Counted from the stretch's first letter, positions 18,939 through 29,222 are shown. The stretch: DNA of 64,000 nucleotides from Candidatus Bathyarchaeota archaeon (GCA_963768425.1 CAVYHV010000023.1:31260-95259); one strand, 5' to 3'. The notes: generated by a model not told the origin, from the letters alone. Program-made: numbers and translations.

Positions 18939-19740
18939 TCGCTATTTCTCCAAATTGTTCAGGCGTCAGCTCTCTTGGCCGCTTATCTCCAAACGGCAAT
19001 GTCCTAGCTTTCTTTTCCGCGTCTTCTTTGCTTGAGTGCAAGTTGGTTCTCAAAAACGGTGCAAGCGCTTTGCTTAGCTTCTTGTTACGTTGAGTAAACA
19101 GCCATTTTGTAAGTTGCTTGAAAAACGCATCGTCCCTCACTTCGAACTGCTTCTTACACCTAGGTGTCAAACGAAGGATTACTGAATCAACTTTCGGCGC
19201 TGGGAAAAACATTTCCTTAGGAACCTCATCAAGAAGTTGAGCCTCCGCGCGCAAGTACGTTTGGACGGTTAACCATCCATATTGGTCGCTTCCGATAGCA
19301 GCGTTAAGTTTTTCAGCGAATTCTTTCTGAACTATAATGACAGCGCAATTCATTTTGCGTTCAAGAAGCCACTCTACAAGATGGGTAGAAATTTGATAAG
19401 GCGGGATCGCTATCACCTTATTGAATTCAGGCAACACAACCTTCAGCACGTCTCCTTCTATTACCGTCACATTGCCGAATCCTTTGAGATGTTCCCGAAG
19501 CGCCGAAGCAATTTTGGGGTCTTTTTCTACGGCAATTACAGCCTTGCACTTATCGGCTAAGAAGCTGCTCAGGAATCCGAACCCCGCGCCAGCATCTAAC
19601 ACCACATCACAAACATCAAGCGAGGAATAGATGCAGAGCTTGCTGTAGATTAATGGTTCAGCCGTGAAGTTTTGTCCCAGAAGTTTGTTCGGGGTGATTC
19701 GGTAAGTTCGAAGCAGACGCTTCGTTTCTTCAATGCTCAT
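18919..19740 (-). CDS. ksgA: 16S rRNA adenine dimethyltransferase KsgA/Dim1
   Basis: K.LGQNF, GAG.G, PPY.I, QKEFA, F.PAPKVDS, F.QR.KKL. Confidence 0.92.
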   Translation of the reverse strand: MSIEETKRLLRTYRITPNKLLGQNFTAEPLIYSKLCIYSSLDVCDVVLDAGAGFGFLSSFLADKCKAVIAVEKDPKIASALREHLKGFGNVTVIEGDVLKVVLPEFNKVIAIPPYQISTHLVEWLLERKMNCAVIIVQKEFAEKLNAAIGSDQYGWLTVQTYLRAEAQLLDEVPKEMFFPAPKVDSVILRLTPRCKKQFEVRDDAFFKQLTKWLFTQRNKKLSKALAPFLRTNLHSSKEDAEKKARTLPFGDKRPRELTPEQFGEIANAVARQ

Positions 19741-19749
19741 CGCAATGCC

Positions 19750-20316
19750 TTACTGCGCCCGTGTGAACAATCGGTACTTGCTGTCACCTTCAAGTTCTTC
19801 CATGACCCGCTTCGTTATCAATTTGACAGGGTTTGGCAATTCAGTTCTCTTCTGCAGGTCTTCAAAACTTTCGAATGGCTTGCGTGTCCGTTCGTTAATG
19901 ACTTGCCACATGTATTTCTTGCCGATACCAGGCACCAGCTCTAAAGCATGCATGCGAGGGGTAACTGCACGTGCGGTGTTGAAAAAGTTAACAAACCACT
20001 TCTCTCTATTCAGCACGATGCGGTTAATCACGCTTGGAAGTTCCGCTTTAGCCGAAGCAGTCAATTCCTCATAACTGACACGACCTATAATGTACGTAAC
20101 TTCTGATCGAGAGTCCTTCCCCACATAAACTCGGTCACCTGGCTTAAGCACTAAACCTTCTTTTACCAAAGCCTCCAAAAGCGTGAAAAACTCTTCGCCA
20201 ACTGACTGAATTAAAGCTCCCGCCCTATAACCCGCCCGCCCAGTCGGACGAAACCCAGGTTTACCATGGGGCAAGAAATCTAGTACGTAAGCGTACTCTT
20301 CATACCGCTTTTCCAT
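19750..20316 (-). CDS. DUF655 family nucleic-acid-binding protein
   Basis: EEYAYVLDFLP.G, FTLLE, RMHALEL.PGIGKK HhH; conserved between rpoF and ksgA. Confidence 0.92.
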   Translation of the reverse strand: MEKRYEEYAYVLDFLPHGKPGFRPTGRAGYRAGALIQSVGEEFFTLLEALVKEGLVLKPGDRVYVGKDSRSEVTYIIGRVSYEELTASAKAELPSVINRIVLNREKWFVNFFNTARAVTPRMHALELVPGIGKKYMWQVINERTRKPFESFEDLQKRTELPNPVKLITKRVMEELEGDSKYRLFTRAQ

Positions 20317-20377
20317 TAGTAGTCACTAAGACTTAGGTAATTGTGCTTACTGCTTAAAAATACTTAGTCGCTTAGGG

Positions 20378-20716
20378 CTACTTTAAAGTCCTATTCTCAT
20401 TCAACAAGCTAACGATTGCCTTTAATTTTGTGGTCTCAATAATCTTGCGACCGCCAGCTAGGAACACACGCAGCTCATCAACTGTTTCGGGCATGCAATT
20501 TATGATCTGTATCGCTTCAGCCTCGTCAATTTCGTATTCCTTGACAAGAATCTGCAAAAGCTCTTCCGCCTTCTCTGGGTCAGCTTTGGAAAACTTGTTC
20601 ACGTAATCCAGCGTTCGCCGTTGAAATTGGTCCAAGTTTTCTTCGCCTATGGTCTCTAAAAGTTTCTTAACCTGGGGCAACGTTAAGCGGCTTTCGGCTA
20701 CTTCTCTTTTGCTCAT
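20378..20716 (-). CDS. rpoF: RNA polymerase subunit Rpo4 (F)
   Basis: Q.RTLDY..KFSK and I.N.MP.T.DELR motifs; conserved context. Confidence 0.9.
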   Translation of the reverse strand: MSKREVAESRLTLPQVKKLLETIGEENLDQFQRRTLDYVNKFSKADPEKAEELLQILVKEYEIDEAEAIQIINCMPETVDELRVFLAGGRKIIETTKLKAIVSLLNENRTLK

Positions 20717-21018
20717 ACTGTTCCACTGCCCATGTATGGCTCTAAATGTTCACTGCGAACGATGATTTCTTTTATGCTGTTGCCTTGTGGTACAACAACC
20801 ACGTACCCGCGACCGCGCTTCTCCTTAACAGTACCGATCTTGCCGTGAAAACGTTTATGCGGCATACTCTTCTGCGTGCTTGAATCCATCTTTATTATCA
20901 CCTGGGACCCAGCCGGGTAGGCTTGGAGTATCTTTCTGATTTTAGGTTTACCTCTTTCTCTAATTGGCTTTTTCAACAGGCTGCGAGTACCAGCGTAATA
21001 TCCTTTTGAACCTCTCAT
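20713..21018 (-). CDS. rpl21e: Ribosomal protein eL21
   Basis: SKG...TR.LL.K..RERG, MPHKRFHGK.G.V, EHL. Confidence 0.95.
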   Translation of the reverse strand: MRGSKGYYAGTRSLLKKPIRERGKPKIRKILQAYPAGSQVIIKMDSSTQKSMPHKRFHGKIGTVKEKRGRGYVVVVPQGNSIKEIIVRSEHLEPYMGSGTV

Positions 21019-21033
21019 CTAAATTTCACCTTG

Positions 21034-22365
21034 TTATTCCATCATGACTTTTAAAACGTCAAGCTTAAGTGTCTTAGCTTTGTTTCCAAGCAGATCTGAA
21101 ACGTTCGGGTTTGTCCTTCCTTCATCTCCAGACACCAATTCTTTGACGTAGAGACCCCCTTGGCAATGAATTTCCAACAGAGCCCTCTTAAGCGACACCT
21201 TCTTAACTTTAAGCTTATATATGTACCTTTCTCGGATCAAATCCGCCCTTCTATGCACAACCCGGAGAGGCGTCTGCTGCTTGATTAAAGCGCCGCTGAG
21301 CTTCTCTTCCAACACACGCATGTCCTCATCAGATATCTCTTTTTCAAATTCAGCCAGCAGCCGATATTTTTTCTGTGAACCTTCGCCTTTTTTGAGGCGT
21401 CGAACCACGTCTTTGGTTGCAAAACGTAACCGTGAAACCTGAACCTTTCCTGAAGCACCCACGTTGATTTTGGCTTCAATTTCTTTCAAATCAAAAAACC
21501 GTTTCCTTGGCTTGGAAATCTCGATGACGAATGGACGCCCGTTTCCAAGCATCCTTGCATCAATGTCTTCTCGACCAGAGGCATGAAACGCTGTTTTTTC
21601 GCCCTCTGCTATTTCCAGCAGAGGCTGGGAAGATAATTCCTCAACAGACTCGGGGTACAGTTTGCCTGTCCCTCCGCATTTATCACATCCCTTTCCTCTG
21701 CAGTTTGAGCAAAACCATTTCGACTGCGGAATGTCCCTTACGAGTTTGCGGTATCTGCCAGCAACGAAAAGAGGGTTGACCTGAAGGCTGACCTTACCGA
21801 GAAAAGGGTTGATCACTGCCACCAAATCCGGTTTCAAATAATCTGCTTCTTTGCCCGTGAATGCACCTATGGCCTTGCCGAATAATCGTCCAAACTCATG
21901 CTTGATGCTTTCACTGTATCCAAGGTTGAAGGAAGCCTTAAACTCATCTTCTCTCTCCTCAACCTTAACTGGCAATTCGATTCCCACAAGGTATGTAGTG
22001 TACTCGTAGTCTTTCATGACTGCTACAGATTTTTCTGTTAAAGTGTCAACAAGCTCGAATTTGCCTTCACAGAGAAAACATTCTGTTTCCGCGGAAACCT
22101 TAGAAACACGTTTTTTTAGATGTTTGATGGTTTCTATGGCTTCCCTCGAAAAGCCGTTGGCTGCCAAAAGCTTAAGCTGCCGAACCCCATCAATGTTTCC
22201 TTCTTTAGCAAGATTCGTGGCTTGTAGGGTTAAGGTGACTTTTATAGCTGAACCCCGAACGTTGTTTTCCATGCTGTAGCCTAGCAGTGCGAATTGCCTG
22301 CCGAGACAGTGGTCGCAAAGGGGGTATTTGCTGAGAAGTTCAAGCGCTTTTTCCAAAACGTCCAT
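21034..22365 (-). CDS. pus10: tRNA pseudouridine(54/55) synthase Pus10
   Basis: LCDHCLGRQFA, GRY.KL.R.IPQ, GREDIDARMLG.GRPF, GGLYVKEL.SGD.GRT.P. Confidence 0.95.
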   Translation of the reverse strand: MDVLEKALELLSKYPLCDHCLGRQFALLGYSMENNVRGSAIKVTLTLQATNLAKEGNIDGVRQLKLLAANGFSREAIETIKHLKKRVSKVSAETECFLCEGKFELVDTLTEKSVAVMKDYEYTTYLVGIELPVKVEEREDEFKASFNLGYSESIKHEFGRLFGKAIGAFTGKEADYLKPDLVAVINPFLGKVSLQVNPLFVAGRYRKLVRDIPQSKWFCSNCRGKGCDKCGGTGKLYPESVEELSSQPLLEIAEGEKTAFHASGREDIDARMLGNGRPFVIEISKPRKRFFDLKEIEAKINVGASGKVQVSRLRFATKDVVRRLKKGEGSQKKYRLLAEFEKEISDEDMRVLEEKLSGALIKQQTPLRVVHRRADLIRERYIYKLKVKKVSLKRALLEIHCQGGLYVKELVSGDEGRTNPNVSDLLGNKAKTLKLDVLKVMME

Positions 22366-22370
22366 GTCGC

Positions 22371-23723
22371 TTAGCCTACTGGAAAGTTAGCTGGCATTCC
22401 ACCTTTTCCGCCTAATCCGAAGGGCAGCTTCTTTTTGCGCTTCATCATTTTCAGCATTTTGCGCATCATGACGTATTGCTTGAGCAATTCTTTAACCTCT
22501 TTTTCGGTTGTTCCTGAACCGCGGGCTACGCGTTTTGCCCTTGAGGAGTTAAGCAGTTTTGGGTTTTCTCGCTCTTCGGGTGTCATGGATTGAATTATCA
22601 CGCCCCACTTGTCAAGGCGACCTTCAGCAGTGTTAAGCATTTCTTGCGGCACGTTAGCAGAGGACATGCCTGGCAGCATCTTGAGAACCTTGCTGAAAGG
22701 ACCCATTTTTTTGACAGCTTGGAACTGCTCGTACATGTCAGTTAGGGTGAATTTGCCGCTGAGGATTTCTTTAGCTTTCTTCTCAGGCACTTTGATTTCG
22801 GCGTCATGAACCTTCTCCAAAAGAGTTTCTAGGTCGCCCATGCCGAGGAGTCTGCCGACGAACCGGGAAGGAATAAACGGTTCGATGTCTTCGATTTTTT
22901 CACCTGTGCCGATGAACTTTATTGGTGCGCCAGTCGCTGCAACCGCTGACAATGCGCCACCGCCTCGTGAGGACCCATCAAGCTTTGTTACGATGATGGC
23001 CCCGATAGGTGTTGCTTCATGGAATGTCTTTGCTTGAATGAGTGCTTGCTGACCTATTGTTCCGTCGATAACCATTATAACTTCGTCAGGCTTGATGTTT
23101 TTCTCAAGATCTTTCATTTCCTTGATTAGGTCTTTTTCTTCCTTGTGCCTGCCCGCTGTATCAACGATTAAGAGGTCTTTGCCCTGAAACTGCTTTAACC
23201 CTTCCCGAACAACCTTCACCGGATCTTTACATTTGACGTCTCCGTAAATGGGAATATTTATTCTGTTTGCAAGCTGCTGAAGCTGGGCAAAAGCGCCGGG
23301 ACGATAAGTGTCGGCGCAGATCAATGCAACCTTCAAACCCCTCTTTTGATAATACCTTGCGAGCTTGGATGCCTGAGTGGTTTTGCCCGAACCTTGGATG
23401 CCGACAAGCATGATGATTTTTCTTTTTCCGGGCTCCATTTTAATTGGGACGGGTTTGTCGCCGACGAACCGGGTGAGTTCTTCATACACAACTTTGATGA
23501 CATGTTCGCGTCTTGAGATGCCGGGTGGAACCTTCTCTTTCAAAGCACGCTCTTCAATACGTTTAGAGATGTCTAGGACAAGTTGAACGTTGACGTCTGC
23601 TTGCAATAGCGCCCGCTGTATATCGCGAACAAGTTCCTTCACTGTGGCTTCGTCTATAACGCCTGCCTTAAACAGTTTCTTTATAGCGTCTGTTAATGAA
23701 GAACTTAACTTGTCTAGCGCCAT
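22371..23723 (-). CDS. srp54: Signal recognition particle protein Srp54
   Basis: ALLQADVN, GIQGSGKTT, DTAGRH, TKLDG...GGGALS, M-domain. Confidence 0.97.
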   Translation of the reverse strand: MALDKLSSSLTDAIKKLFKAGVIDEATVKELVRDIQRALLQADVNVQLVLDISKRIEERALKEKVPPGISRREHVIKVVYEELTRFVGDKPVPIKMEPGKRKIIMLVGIQGSGKTTQASKLARYYQKRGLKVALICADTYRPGAFAQLQQLANRINIPIYGDVKCKDPVKVVREGLKQFQGKDLLIVDTAGRHKEEKDLIKEMKDLEKNIKPDEVIMVIDGTIGQQALIQAKTFHEATPIGAIIVTKLDGSSRGGGALSAVAATGAPIKFIGTGEKIEDIEPFIPSRFVGRLLGMGDLETLLEKVHDAEIKVPEKKAKEILSGKFTLTDMYEQFQAVKKMGPFSKVLKMLPGMSSANVPQEMLNTAEGRLDKWGVIIQSMTPEERENPKLLNSSRAKRVARGSGTTEKEVKELLKQYVMMRKMLKMMKRKKKLPFGLGGKGGMPANFPVG

Positions 23724-24055
23724 CAGAGTCTCCAGCCTAAACAGTCAGCTTACTTTAAGATAAATATTACAGGTAAAAAACAGAAAACAACCTAAAATAT
23801 TGCCTCCAATAGTTATGTGCTGTATCAGATTCATAACCGCTCGATTCTGGATATTGGACATCAAGCGATATGGTTTGTGATGAAAAATCAGTCAAGATTA
23901 CCGACTATGTAAGGGTTTTATAGTAAACAGTACAATTGACTTTTGGGGGAGCAAGTGCTCTTTAAAAGAGGAAACGATGGCTTTAATTGCGCTTTGAGCT
24001 TCATCGGCACAATATCGCGGGGAATGTCGACCGTGAAAATGAGTGGGAATTAAGC

Positions 24056-24292
24056 ATGAAAATTGGAGTCGCCTTGAGAATCTTGTTCCACTGCATCGGG
24101 CTCTCATGTTTAGCAGGCGCAGTTTTCCTCGGGCTGCTTGTCTTTTACTCAGTAGACATCACAGGAGTCTTTTACGGAATAGAGGTTAACCACGTGACAT
24201 CTTCAATTGAGTTTTTCTTCATGTTTTTTGCAGCAACGTATTTGATGTATTTGACAGGACACGCAATTATGAGCTGCGTTAAAAGTGTTTAA
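24056..24292 (+). CDS. Small two-TM membrane protein
   Basis: Hydrophobic ORF starting MKIGVALR. Confidence 0.55.
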   Translation: MKIGVALRILFHCIGLSCLAGAVFLGLLVFYSVDITGVFYGIEVNHVTSSIEFFFMFFAATYLMYLTGHAIMSCVKSV

Positions 24293-24381
24293 AATCCTAA
24301 AGAGAAGTTCACGTGGTCATGGTCCCATTTTTGATTTGGCTTCGTACAAAGTATGTTTAACACTATATCATTTGAGAAAAA

Positions 24382-24861
24382 TTATGGAGGAGCCAATTTT
24401 AGTGTGCTGCACCAATCGGCTATTTTCTTTTCTGTTTCTTCCTTATTTTCCAAGGCTTTCTTCAAGGCTAATTCGCCAACGATCTGTGCGTTTGGCATCA
24501 GCGCTTTGGTTTTTTCGATTGCTTGACGCAGATTATTATCTAGCGTAAAGAACAAAGCCACTTTTTTTCCTGATAGGTCATTTTTGGACAAGTAAGTTTT
24601 TATTGCCGCAGAGGGATTCCAAGCCCAAACAGGAGTTCCAATGACGATAAAGTCGTAGTCTTTTGGATTCTTTGTCGTTGGAGCTATCTCTGTTTGTTTT
24701 CCGCCTGATGCGTCTCGGCCTGCCGACATCCAGCCTAATTTGCCTTCACGTTTCTTTAGGTCTACTACTTCTTCAATGTCCGATCCTAACTCTGCCGCAA
24801 CGGTCTCAGCTACGAACTTGGCGTTTCCAGTTCTTGAATAGTAAACTACTAGACTTTTCAC
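24382..24861 (-). CDS. Flavodoxin family protein
   Basis: VVYYSRTGNA FMN loop, IGTPVW, GKKVALF. Confidence 0.9.
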   Translation of the reverse strand: MKSLVVYYSRTGNAKFVAETVAAELGSDIEEVVDLKKREGKLGWMSAGRDASGGKQTEIAPTTKNPKDYDFIVIGTPVWAWNPSAAIKTYLSKNDLSGKKVALFFTLDNNLRQAIEKTKALMPNAQIVGELALKKALENKEETEKKIADWCSTLKLAPP

Positions 24862-25304
24862 CCGTTATTCCTATGTTTTGTTGTTGTTTTTGAATAAAAG
24901 ACTTGCGATGTCGATTATTTACGCGTTTTTGGTCCCTTAAAGATTTGACCTTTCAAGAAAACTTTTATTGGGCCGTTTTTTTGAAGGCTTATAATCTATG
25001 TGTTGCTTTTTTGTGCACAGCTCGTCAGTAAATGGGCAGCTAGAAAATATCTTAGATAATCGTTCAGCGCGTTATTCTCGACCAGCTCAAAATCCAACTT
25101 TGCCTTCATTAGAAATGCGGGAATTTCACTGGTAGTTTTTTGGGTTTCATTTAAGTTTTACTCCCGTTTTAGGAATTGGAAATGTTATTCCAGATAAAGA
25201 AAGATCACTGATAAGTTAATTTTCATGAAGCAAGAATACAGATAAGGGCACACAAAAGGAATGCAAATAGAAAAAGAATGGTTGAGTCAACGAAAATGAC
25301 TCAA

Positions 25305-25526
25305 TTACGGCTTCTTGTAGAAAAGCCTTAAGCCGCCAACGAGCAGCAACACGACACCAATCACAATTGCGACAGTGCCAAGACCCGAGCCTCGAAATGG
25401 CATGTGTTTGATTGCTACAATGGCTACTCCAATGATTAGCACGAGTATTCCAATTATTGCCAGAACGATGCCATGCATGCTGCTGTTGCTAGATTTTTTA
25501 ACCTCTGTTTTCGCTCCTTCTCCCAT
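25305..25526 (-). CDS. Small two-TM membrane protein
   Basis: 73 aa, two hydrophobic helices, upstream GAGG and TATA-like TATATATG. Confidence 0.7.
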   Translation of the reverse strand: MGEGAKTEVKKSSNSSMHGIVLAIIGILVLIIGVAIVAIKHMPFRGSGLGTVAIVIGVVLLLVGGLRLFYKKP

Positions 25527-25665
25527 TTTAAAACCTCTTTAGTCCATTTCGTTTCTTTTCATATATAAGCTTTTAACGAAAAAATGAATCATGCCAAAAG
25601 GAGCAAGCGGAAGTCTTAAATGAAAACCAAACAATACCCTCTCGAAGAAAGGAGAAATTCACCGA

Positions 25666-27597
25666 ATGAAAGCCAAAGTTTCCAGGCTCTTAATTTTAGT
25701 GTTCACAGTGATTTTTGCTTGCTCATTAGCCAACTCGGTTCACGCCATTGGAGTAACCTCCACAATAAAGGTAGGTGGTGCTCCCTGGGGCGTTGCCTAC
25801 GATTCAGCAAAAAACGAGATATTCGTTGTAGACTCTGCAGGTGGCACTGTTTCGGTGCTATCGGACAGCAACTATGCCTCACTTGCAAAAATAACTGTCG
25901 GAACAGCACCTTACAGAGACATTTATGACCCAAATAAAGGCGAGATCTTCGTCGCCAACTACGGCTCCAACTCCGTCTCAGTTATATCAGACAGCACAAA
26001 CAAGGTTGTTGCAACAGTGACTGTAGGAACTTCCCCCTCATCTTTCGCCTACGATTCAGGAAAAGGCGAGATTTTCGTAGCGAATTCCGGAGGCGGCACG
26101 GGTAGCACGGTCTCAGTTATATCAGACAGCACAAACAAGGTTGTTGCAACAGTGACTGTAGGAACAGGTCCATATGATTTAGGCTACGATTTGGCAAAAG
26201 GTGAAGTATATGTAGCTAATGCCTACTCTCGGTCTGTCTCAGTTATTTCAGATAACACTAATCAAGTGGTTGCGACAGTCTCTGTCGGAAGCGGTCCCTT
26301 GGGCGTCGCTTATGATCCAGTTAAAAGCGAAGTATTCGTCGCCAATTCAGTCTCAGGCACAGAGTCAGTCATATCGGACAGCTCAAATGCAGTCGTTGCC
26401 ACAGTTACCGTTGGATCTAACCCTGCGCCCTCAATTTATGATTCGGGCAAAGGCGAAATATTCGTGCTTAACAGAAGCTCAGCCTCAGTCTCAGTCATCT
26501 CAGACAGCACAAACACCGTAATTGCAACTGTTCCCGTAGGCACCAGTCCGTATGGTGCTGATTACGATTCTGGCAAAAGCGAGGTTTTCGTAGCGAACGA
26601 AGGCTCCGGCACTGTCTCCGTTATCTCGGATGCCGCTGGAACATCTGCTTCGCAAACTCCAGCTACCTCAACCTCACCAACCTCATCTTCATCCACATCA
26701 TCAAGTCCAACATCTTCAAAATCGCCAAGCCCGACCGTAACCTCAACTGCAAGCCCAACTCAGACAACGTCACCCTCTTCATCGACGAGCCTTGTGCAAC
26801 AGATTTGGGTTCCTAAACCTGCTAACACAGTGGCCGCAGTCGGCGTATCCGCGGTGGTAGTAAGTGCAGTTTCGCTGCTTTTTGCGGCAATAAGTAACCC
26901 TCTAGGCAGCGTTAATGGAAAAGCGGGCGAAAAAACAAAAGGCATGATCCCTGACAACATAAAACAGTGGCTTGAAGAAGTAGTCGCCTCTCGACGCAAG
27001 ATCGAAGCGATGGAGAAAAAAGGTTCTCTTTTCAAACCCACAAAAACTGAAGTCTTAGCTTATGCAGTTGCAATAATCGTACTAGGTATTTCCTTCTCAT
27101 ACGTCAAAATCATAACTCTCAGCCAGATCTGGGTTTTACTTCCGGTCTTTTTTGCCACAAGCGTTATTGTAGGCTTTGTCCAAAAGTTCTTTTCCATAGC
27201 GTACCTGCGAAGCAAAGGCGTATGGAGTGAACATTCTATTTGGCCTTTAGGTCTTGTTCTCTTTCTTTTCACAACCTTCGCTTTCAAGGTTCCTTTCTCT
27301 TCTCCAACGCGAAGCGTTCAATCGAAAAAATTCACTGAACATTTAGGCGCCATAACAGCAGCATCTGAAATCCTCATCAGCTTGGCCTTTGCAGGGCTAT
27401 TCTTTGTGCTGCTAAAAGGCGGTTACGCGGCTATTGGAGATGCAGGCTTGTCAATGTGTGTAATCGGCTCATTCTTCGGCACATTCCCTGTGGCTCCAAT
27501 GAGCGGAAAAGACATCTTCAACCACAGCAAACGCCTTTGGGCAGGACTCTTCATCACATCGCTAGTTATCTTTGTGGGCTGGCTTCTTATGATATAG
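25666..27597 (+). CDS. Surface protein: signal peptide, YVTN/YncE-type beta-propeller, Ser/Thr linker and multi-pass C-terminal membrane domain
   Basis: Seven ~42-aa repeats (P.G.AYD..KGE.FVAN..S..VSVISD..N.VVATV.VG), S/T/P-rich stalk, about 7 TMs. Confidence 0.88.
   Translation: MKAKVSRLLILVFTVIFACSLANSVHAIGVTSTIKVGGAPWGVAYDSAKNEIFVVDSAGGTVSVLSDSNYASLAKITVGTAPYRDIYDPNKGEIFVANYGSNSVSVISDSTNKVVATVTVGTSPSSFAYDSGKGEIFVANSGGGTGSTVSVISDSTNKVVATVTVGTGPYDLGYDLAKGEVYVANAYSRSVSVISDNTNQVVATVSVGSGPLGVAYDPVKSEVFVANSVSGTESVISDSSNAVVATVTVGSNPAPSIYDSGKGEIFVLNRSSASVSVISDSTNTVIATVPVGTSPYGADYDSGKSEVFVANEGSGTVSVISDAAGTSASQTPATSTSPTSSSSTSSSPTSSKSPSPTVTSTASPTQTTSPSSSTSLVQQIWVPKPANTVAAVGVSAVVVSAVSLLFAAISNPLGSVNGKAGEKTKGMIPDNIKQWLEEVVASRRKIEAMEKKGSLFKPTKTEVLAYAVAIIVLGISFSYVKIITLSQIWVLLPVFFATSVIVGFVQKFFSIAYLRSKGVWSEHSIWPLGLVLFLFTTFAFKVPFSSPTRSVQSKKFTEHLGAITAASEILISLAFAGLFFVLLKGGYAAIGDAGLSMCVIGSFFGTFPVAPMSGKDIFNHSKRLWAGLFITSLVIFVGWLLMI
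25975..26165 (+). repeat. Exact 56-bp direct repeat within the beta-propeller gene (25975-26030 and 26110-26165)
   Basis: gtctcagttatatcagacagcacaaacaaggttgttgcaacagtgactgtaggaac occurs twice, 135 bp apart. Confidence 0.9.
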
Positions 27598-27670
27598 GAA
27601 CCCTGCTACAGTGCCTTTTCATACATGCAAATGAAAAAAGGGAAAGTTGCTGAGAAAGCCATAAGTTTGT

Positions 27671-27859
27671 TTAAAGCTTCTTTTTTACCTTTCCAGCGAC
27701 TTTTTCTGTTTCCGCAGCTACTTTTCCGCCAACTTTTTTTGCGTCCTTACCAGCTACCTTGGCTTCTTCAACAGCTTTTACGCCAATTTTCTTTGCGTCT
27801 GCGGCAACTTTTTTTGCATCTTCTTCAGTCTTCTTTTTCACGCTACCTAATGATGGCAA
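27671..27859 (-). CDS. Small Lys/Ala/Val-rich repetitive protein
   Basis: 62 aa with DAKKV/KVAGK repeats; GGTGA Shine-Dalgarno upstream of the TTG. Confidence 0.7.
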   Translation of the reverse strand: MPSLGSVKKKTEEDAKKVAADAKKIGVKAVEEAKVAGKDAKKVGGKVAAETEKVAGKVKKKL

Positions 27860-28139
27860 CTTATTTTCACCATTTTATTCTTGCGGGTTCCACGTTTAAA
27901 AAACCTTGCATCCTATCAGTCGTATGCAATGCAAACTACCAGCCGATTTGTTGTTGAACTAATTTTTGACTAGTAATAGGCCATGATAAGATTTTATGAA
28001 ATGTGCGTTAAAAGTTTTCTTCTTTCGAAAAGCAAAGAAACAACTTTCAGAGTACGTTTGCCTCCCACCCAAAAACATAAACACTAAACGGTCACATAAA
28101 TAAGAACTAAATAATAAGATAGGAAAGGAACCGCATCAA

Positions 28140-28232
28140 ATGAAGTCTTCAACTAAAAAAATCTTGGTCCTCGGCATCATCGTGCTTTTCGTAATTTCAA
28201 TAGTGGCAGGCATCCTCGCAGGGCACCTTTGA
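28140..28232 (+). CDS. 30-aa single-TM micro-protein
   Basis: MKSSTKKILVLGIIVLFVISIVAGILAGHL; AGGA upstream; below the ORF-track cutoff. Confidence 0.5.
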   Translation: MKSSTKKILVLGIIVLFVISIVAGILAGHL

Positions 28233-28315
28233 GAGTTGTATTTGTGCTGTACGTATCTACAAGTTATAGTCAAAATCCACAGAGTTTAAATTAAAGACAG
28301 ACAAAAAATAATGAC

Positions 28316-28447
28316 ATGCCAAAACAAAGCAACCAAAAACTAGAACAAGTATTCACCAAACTACCCGAGCAGGGTTATTCAAAAAATGCCACTAACTTGA
28401 TTTGGCAATGGTACCATCCTTACAAGAAAGCCGAACCCATTTTCTAA
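28316..28447 (+). CDS. 43-aa hypothetical micro-protein
   Basis: MPKQSNQKLEQVFTKLPEQGYSKNATNLIWQWYHPYKKAEPIF; TTTAAA TATA-like box about 30 bp upstream. Confidence 0.45.
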   Translation: MPKQSNQKLEQVFTKLPEQGYSKNATNLIWQWYHPYKKAEPIF

Positions 28448-28495
28448 CTAATGCGTCAATAGAAAGACTTAACAAGTTTTAGCGCAGAATTTCTT

Positions 28496-28816
28496 TTGGA
28501 GAATTTGGAAATGGAAACAAAAAATTCTAACGTTGGAAAATTTTTTGATTTTAACATAAACGGGTATGGAGTTGTTACCCACGAAGTAAAAATGGACTAC
28601 AAAACTTGGTCACCAGTTATTCAAATCTTAAAATTTACAGACGATGCACATAAAGATCAAATAACCCTTCGATTCGGATATTGCGATAACACTGGAAAAC
28701 TGATTCCAAAACCACTATACCTTACTGAAAGTCAATTGACCGATTTGGGAAAAGAAGCCGCAAAAGACCCTGAAATTAAGAATTTGCTCAAAGGCTTCTG
28801 CGACCAAATCAGGTAA
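28496..28816 (+). CDS. Hypothetical protein
   Basis: 106-aa globular-looking ORF. Confidence 0.7.
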   Translation: MENLEMETKNSNVGKFFDFNINGYGVVTHEVKMDYKTWSPVIQILKFTDDAHKDQITLRFGYCDNTGKLIPKPLYLTESQLTDLGKEAAKDPEIKNLLKGFCDQIR

Positions 28817-28880
28817 CTCAACTAAAACTTCCACATAGCCAACAAGTTTAATAGCCATTTTTCACTCCTATGAATTAACC

Positions 28881-29222
28881 GTGGAGCTGCAAATTTTGGG
28901 CGCAATAGATCAGGTATTTCACTTCATTACTTCTGGAAGCATTTTTGGCTTGCCACCCATTGCAATAATGATAATAATATTTGTCGTTGGATTGATCGTA
29001 GGCTACCTCGTCCATTTATTCTTAAAGATCGCAATTATAGCGGCAATCATATTATTCGTAGTTGCCTACTTCGGCTTTTTCAGCCTAAGTCTGGGCTCAT
29101 TGAAAAATTATGCCACTCAATATGGGCCAATTGTGTATCAATACGGTGCACTCATAATAGGCATACTACCGCTAAGCATCGGATTCGTAATAGGTATAAT
29201 CATAGGCTTCGTACTGTCGTAA
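28881..29222 (+). CDS. Small hydrophobic membrane protein
   Basis: 113 aa, 3-4 TMs, Gly/Ile-rich. Confidence 0.75.
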   Translation: MELQILGAIDQVFHFITSGSIFGLPPIAIMIIIFVVGLIVGYLVHLFLKIAIIAAIILFVVAYFGFFSLSLGSLKNYATQYGPIVYQYGALIIGILPLSIGFVIGIIIGFVLS

